Origin: Podarcis vaucheri | Lineage: Eukaryota | Length of the DNA: 64,000 bases | NCBI GenBank assembly: GCA_965113315.1 | Contig: OZ220368.1 | Reading direction: 5' to 3' (one strand) | In this document: positions 60,665-64,000 of the stretch, piece by piece | Numbering within the stretch: the stretch's first letter is position 1 | How the letters are laid out: each line of letters begins with the position of its first letter | Notes under the pieces: model-generated | The model's input: only the letters and a program-made list of their open reading frames with translations | Database searches by the model: none | Told to the model about the DNA's origin: nothing | Made by a program: the position numbers and the translations under genes

Positions 60665-62069
60665 GTCCTGAGAGTGTTGATAATAGAATTGGTGTGCACT
60701 TTTGCTGAGTCCTTTTGCTGAGCATTCCCTGAGTCTGGAGGCTGCACCATGGAGCTCCGTAATGCTCATTCAGATATACTTATGCTGATCATAATAGCAT
60801 GATGTTGATTTTCACCCATAGTGTCCAACTGTGGAGATGTGGGTTCAAATCCCCATTTGCCCACTTATTACCTTGTAAACCGCCTGAGACCTGCGGGTTT
60901 AGGGCAGTATACAAATTTTAATAACAACGACAAGCATCACCACCATGCAGCACAGAGAGTGGAGTGTTTTCTTGTTTTAACCCAGCTTGAAAAAGAAGAC
61001 CCTACACCCACACACACAGTGTCCCCCAAAGTACTCTGGGAAAGCACAAAATGGAGGGTGCTACAATTTATGCCTGAGGATAAGTTGGGGGGAATCATGT
61101 AAACACTGCAGTACTTCAAATGGAAATCATACACCATTTCACTTCATATTTTCATTTTGCGAGAACTGCCTCAAACAGACATGGCTTGTGACTTGTCTAC
61201 AAGGTCAAATAAGCGAGCGGCCATGTTAGGAATAGACCCCAGATTTCTTTTCACAACTGTTTGGTGTTTTTAACCACAAGCCTGATTCCTTCGGAAGGGT
61301 AAAAAAAAGGCAGAGGGAGTTTAGATAGAATGTCATTACTCGAGTTGGAATTTGTCCCGGACACTGTGGTTAACACTTCATCTAATGCTGGAGAGGTTTT
61401 TTTTTTATAATTGGTCCTCAGGGCTTTGTAACAGTTCCCTGTTTGCTTAAGTAAACGTAGTAGTCAGCCCTTTAATACACTGTGCGGACGAGACAGGAGC
61501 TATTCCACATTAGTCTTCATTAGGTGGACAGCACTGGCTAGGCTGTGAAATGCTGGTAGTTGACCACAACCTCCTGTAGAAAGCACCTTTTACCCCAGTG
61601 TTAAGCTTTATGCATTTTACATGAGCACTTAACACCAGAAAACACTGGATGTCACTGAACCATAAATGTTAATGCTCAGTTTCCATCCGGCGCAACTGAC
61701 ACGCCCAACAGTTGGCTGGAAAAGGGTGGAGGGGTCTAAAGCTAACTATATTGATTCCTCCATTGAGTAATAGATTTAATTCTAGGACTAATAGCGTTAG
61801 CAAAGACAAGTTTCAGTGGGCCAGATGAGGTGTTTGGGGGTTTTTTTTAAAAAAAAAAAGCTCACCATCTTTCCTTAAGGAATTTCTCCTTGGAAAAGAA
61901 GCTTTTCCAGACATGAATGGAGAAAGACTCACATGTCATAATTATTTGCATTAATTGAGATCGGGAGCTGGGAAACACCACATTGGGCTTCTATGAAGCT
62001 TAAGTTATAAGGAAGACAAGTTTCCTGCACTTCTAATAGTTGCATAACTGAGAATTTCATCAGGTACAG

Positions 62070-62190
62070 CTTTTAAAATTTTATTTATTAATTAAACAAA
62101 ATAGTTATAATTATTAAATAAAATATTATTATCAAATAAAATACTGTTTATTAAGTAAAATTTGTTTATTAATTTATAAAATAAATAAAT
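62070..62190. repeat. AT-rich low-complexity tract
   Basis: Almost pure A/T. Confidence 0.8.
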
Positions 62191-62391
62191 ACAGCTTGCA
62201 TGCTGTTCAATCTTCTACACAACTTTTAATGTTTCAGAAGCCATGCCACCTTTTACATCTAATTTGGAGGCCAAATCAGAATCCAAAACATTTATTCTTC
62301 TATAGGCCGGATGCCGTTTGATAATGCTTTATGCTCTTAACAAATACTAAATAAACATTTTAAATGTTTGCTTATCACATTCTTATTCCAC

Positions 62392-62560
62392 TCAGGCACC
62401 AGGCCCGTTGTTGGCAGACCAACTCTGTGTTACAAAGATGTCTGCAAGCATGACATGAAGGCTGGCAACATCAAGCCTGCCATGTGAGAATCCCTTGCAG
62501 ATGACCACAGCGCCTGGAAACAGTCAAGTTACGCACCCACAGCCATGACCAGAGGAAGAA
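62392..62560 (+). mobile_element. RTE-clade LINE C-terminal fragment
   Basis: SGTRPVVGRPTLCYKDVCKHDMKAGNIKPAM*ESLADDHSAWKQ (GRP..YKD..W..LA.DR..W signature). Confidence 0.75.
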
Positions 62561-62586
62561 ATATCCTATGCATATTGACTTGGAGG

Positions 62587-63371
62587 CAGTGCTATTTTTC
62601 TAGAAAAAGAGGTGCTGGAACTCACCATGAAATCCTCTCTTTCTCTTAGATATGGTTACCAGATTTTTTTCAATGAATCCGGGGACACTCCCCCCTCCCC
62701 CAAAGCTGAGTAGCAACAGGGAGTCAGTAGTGGGGATGGTGAGGCAAAAGACCCTGGGCCCAAGCACACATGCATATTGTATAAAGGTGCAAAACCCTTC
62801 TTTCACACCCTGTGAAACATAAATGCGCAGAGTTTTTTAAAAACTGGGCAATGACTCCTGAGCCTCCCCCGATCTCCTGCCCCCTTCCTCCTCTGTTTTG
62901 ACTGATCAGGGGAGGCTATTGCCCAGTTTTTTTTAAAAAAAAAGCCTGCATATTTATGTTTCACAGGGTGCAAAAGAAGGGCTTTGCACCTTGCCTGGCA
63001 GAGAAACCACGCGCCTGGCACCCCTCCTGGGCAGTGCCCGCCCTCCCGTGACTCCCGAGCCTCCCCCAATCTGTCAAAACAAAGGGGGAAGGGGGCAGGA
63101 GATCTGAACCGCCGGACGTCCCTGGTTCCCCTTCGGCAGTGGCGGTGGCAGCGAGCAGTTTTTGAAGCCAGCCAGAGCCAACTGAGCTGCCAGGCTGGCT
63201 CTGGGCTGCTCAGGCTGCCACTGCCACGTTTCCCGGGGACAGATTTGCAAATCCGGGGACTGTCCCTGGGAACCGGGGACGTCTGGTAACCCTTATCTTA
63301 GAACGGCAATGATGTCCACCTGAGAGGTGCCAGAACTGAGTTCAGGTGAGTTCCCCCTGAAAAAAGCCCTA
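62587..63371. mobile_element. hAT MITE (host), interrupted
   Basis: Ends CAGTGCTATTTTT / AAAAAAGCCCTA; GAGGTGC.GGAACT subterminal repeats; degenerate TSD CTTGGAGG/GTTAGAGG. Confidence 0.7.
62651..63294. mobile_element. hAT (Blackjack-like) non-autonomous element nested in the host MITE
   Basis: TIR core GGTTACCAGA / TCTGGTAACC; duplicated TCTTAGA flanks; CCGGGGAC subterminal repeats. Confidence 0.75.
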
Positions 63372-64000
63372 GTTAGAGGTAAGTCTTATTGTGCTCATTT
63401 AGGCTTACTCCCATGAAAGTGTGCAAAGGACTGTAGCCTCAGCCACTGTGATACACCAGCTCACATGGTGGTAACTGTACCCCCATTTACTTGCTGAGGC
63501 AGCAGGCCATAACATTTGTCCTTCGAAATCAACCCTGCCAGCTTTGAGTAAATTAGCATGCCCATGAGGTGTTTTGCAAAGGAGCAATTTTTGCATCACT
63601 ATGGGGTCCTGCAGTTATTAACAATTTCTTACCACAAAGGAGCAAAAGAAAACCCTCCATATACTTTTACCAAGTGTGTGTAAGAGAACATCTCTCTGTG
63701 TGTGTTTCTTTTTCATAGAATTTCTAGAATATGTACGACTTTGAACTCATTCTGTTGCATAAAAATGAGAATCGTTTGGTTCAGGAAGCGAGTGAGAGGA
63801 GACGAACTAAATATTATTATTGTTATCATTGCCCATAAAATAAATCTAGTCACTTAGTGACCTTGGCACGAGGTATTTCCTGGGAATTGATGACTGATTG
63901 GTGTTAATGGCCCTCATCTGTACCTCAGGCCATCAGCTCCTCCCAGCTGGTCATTAATCCACAGGAAATGTCTCAGGTATCGATCCTTATAGCTTAATTA

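Noticed and set aside
57400-64000. CDCP2, expected next by synteny recalled from human; donor-like GAAG|GTAAGG at ~58335
   Set aside because: No signal-peptide or CUB-domain exon could be identified; coding exons probably lie beyond the window.

Overview
Vertebrate genomic DNA. Its repeat content (Sauria-type SINE, CR1, L1, Penelope-like and MITE families) points to a squamate, probably a lacertid lizard. The window holds three spliced genes in the order known from human 1p32. (1) The last 12 coding exons of SSBP3 (+, 812-20194), followed by a ~2 kb 3'UTR; its 5' exons lie upstream of the window. (2) The complete 7-exon MRPL37 (-, 41418-33682, 434 aa), convergent with SSBP3. (3) The complete 6-coding-exon CYB5RL (+, 44351-53707, 308 aa), head-to-head with MRPL37 across a shared CpG island. 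All exon phases and GT-AG boundaries were checked by hand and join into open frames. The remainder is intron or intergenic DNA rich in transposable elements. The most notable observations are: a young, 5'-inverted (twin-primed) L1 insertion with a 19-bp TSD and a reconstructable breakpoint; an in-frame upstream ATG of MRPL37 cut off by a single TGA; a tandem SSBP3 acceptor adding TDPWLSLQ behind a distant branch point; decayed Penelope-type hammerhead motifs; and several nested or palindromic MITEs. I see no convincing evidence of a wholly new gene or system. Gene and repeat identities come from recalled sequence similarity, not database searches.
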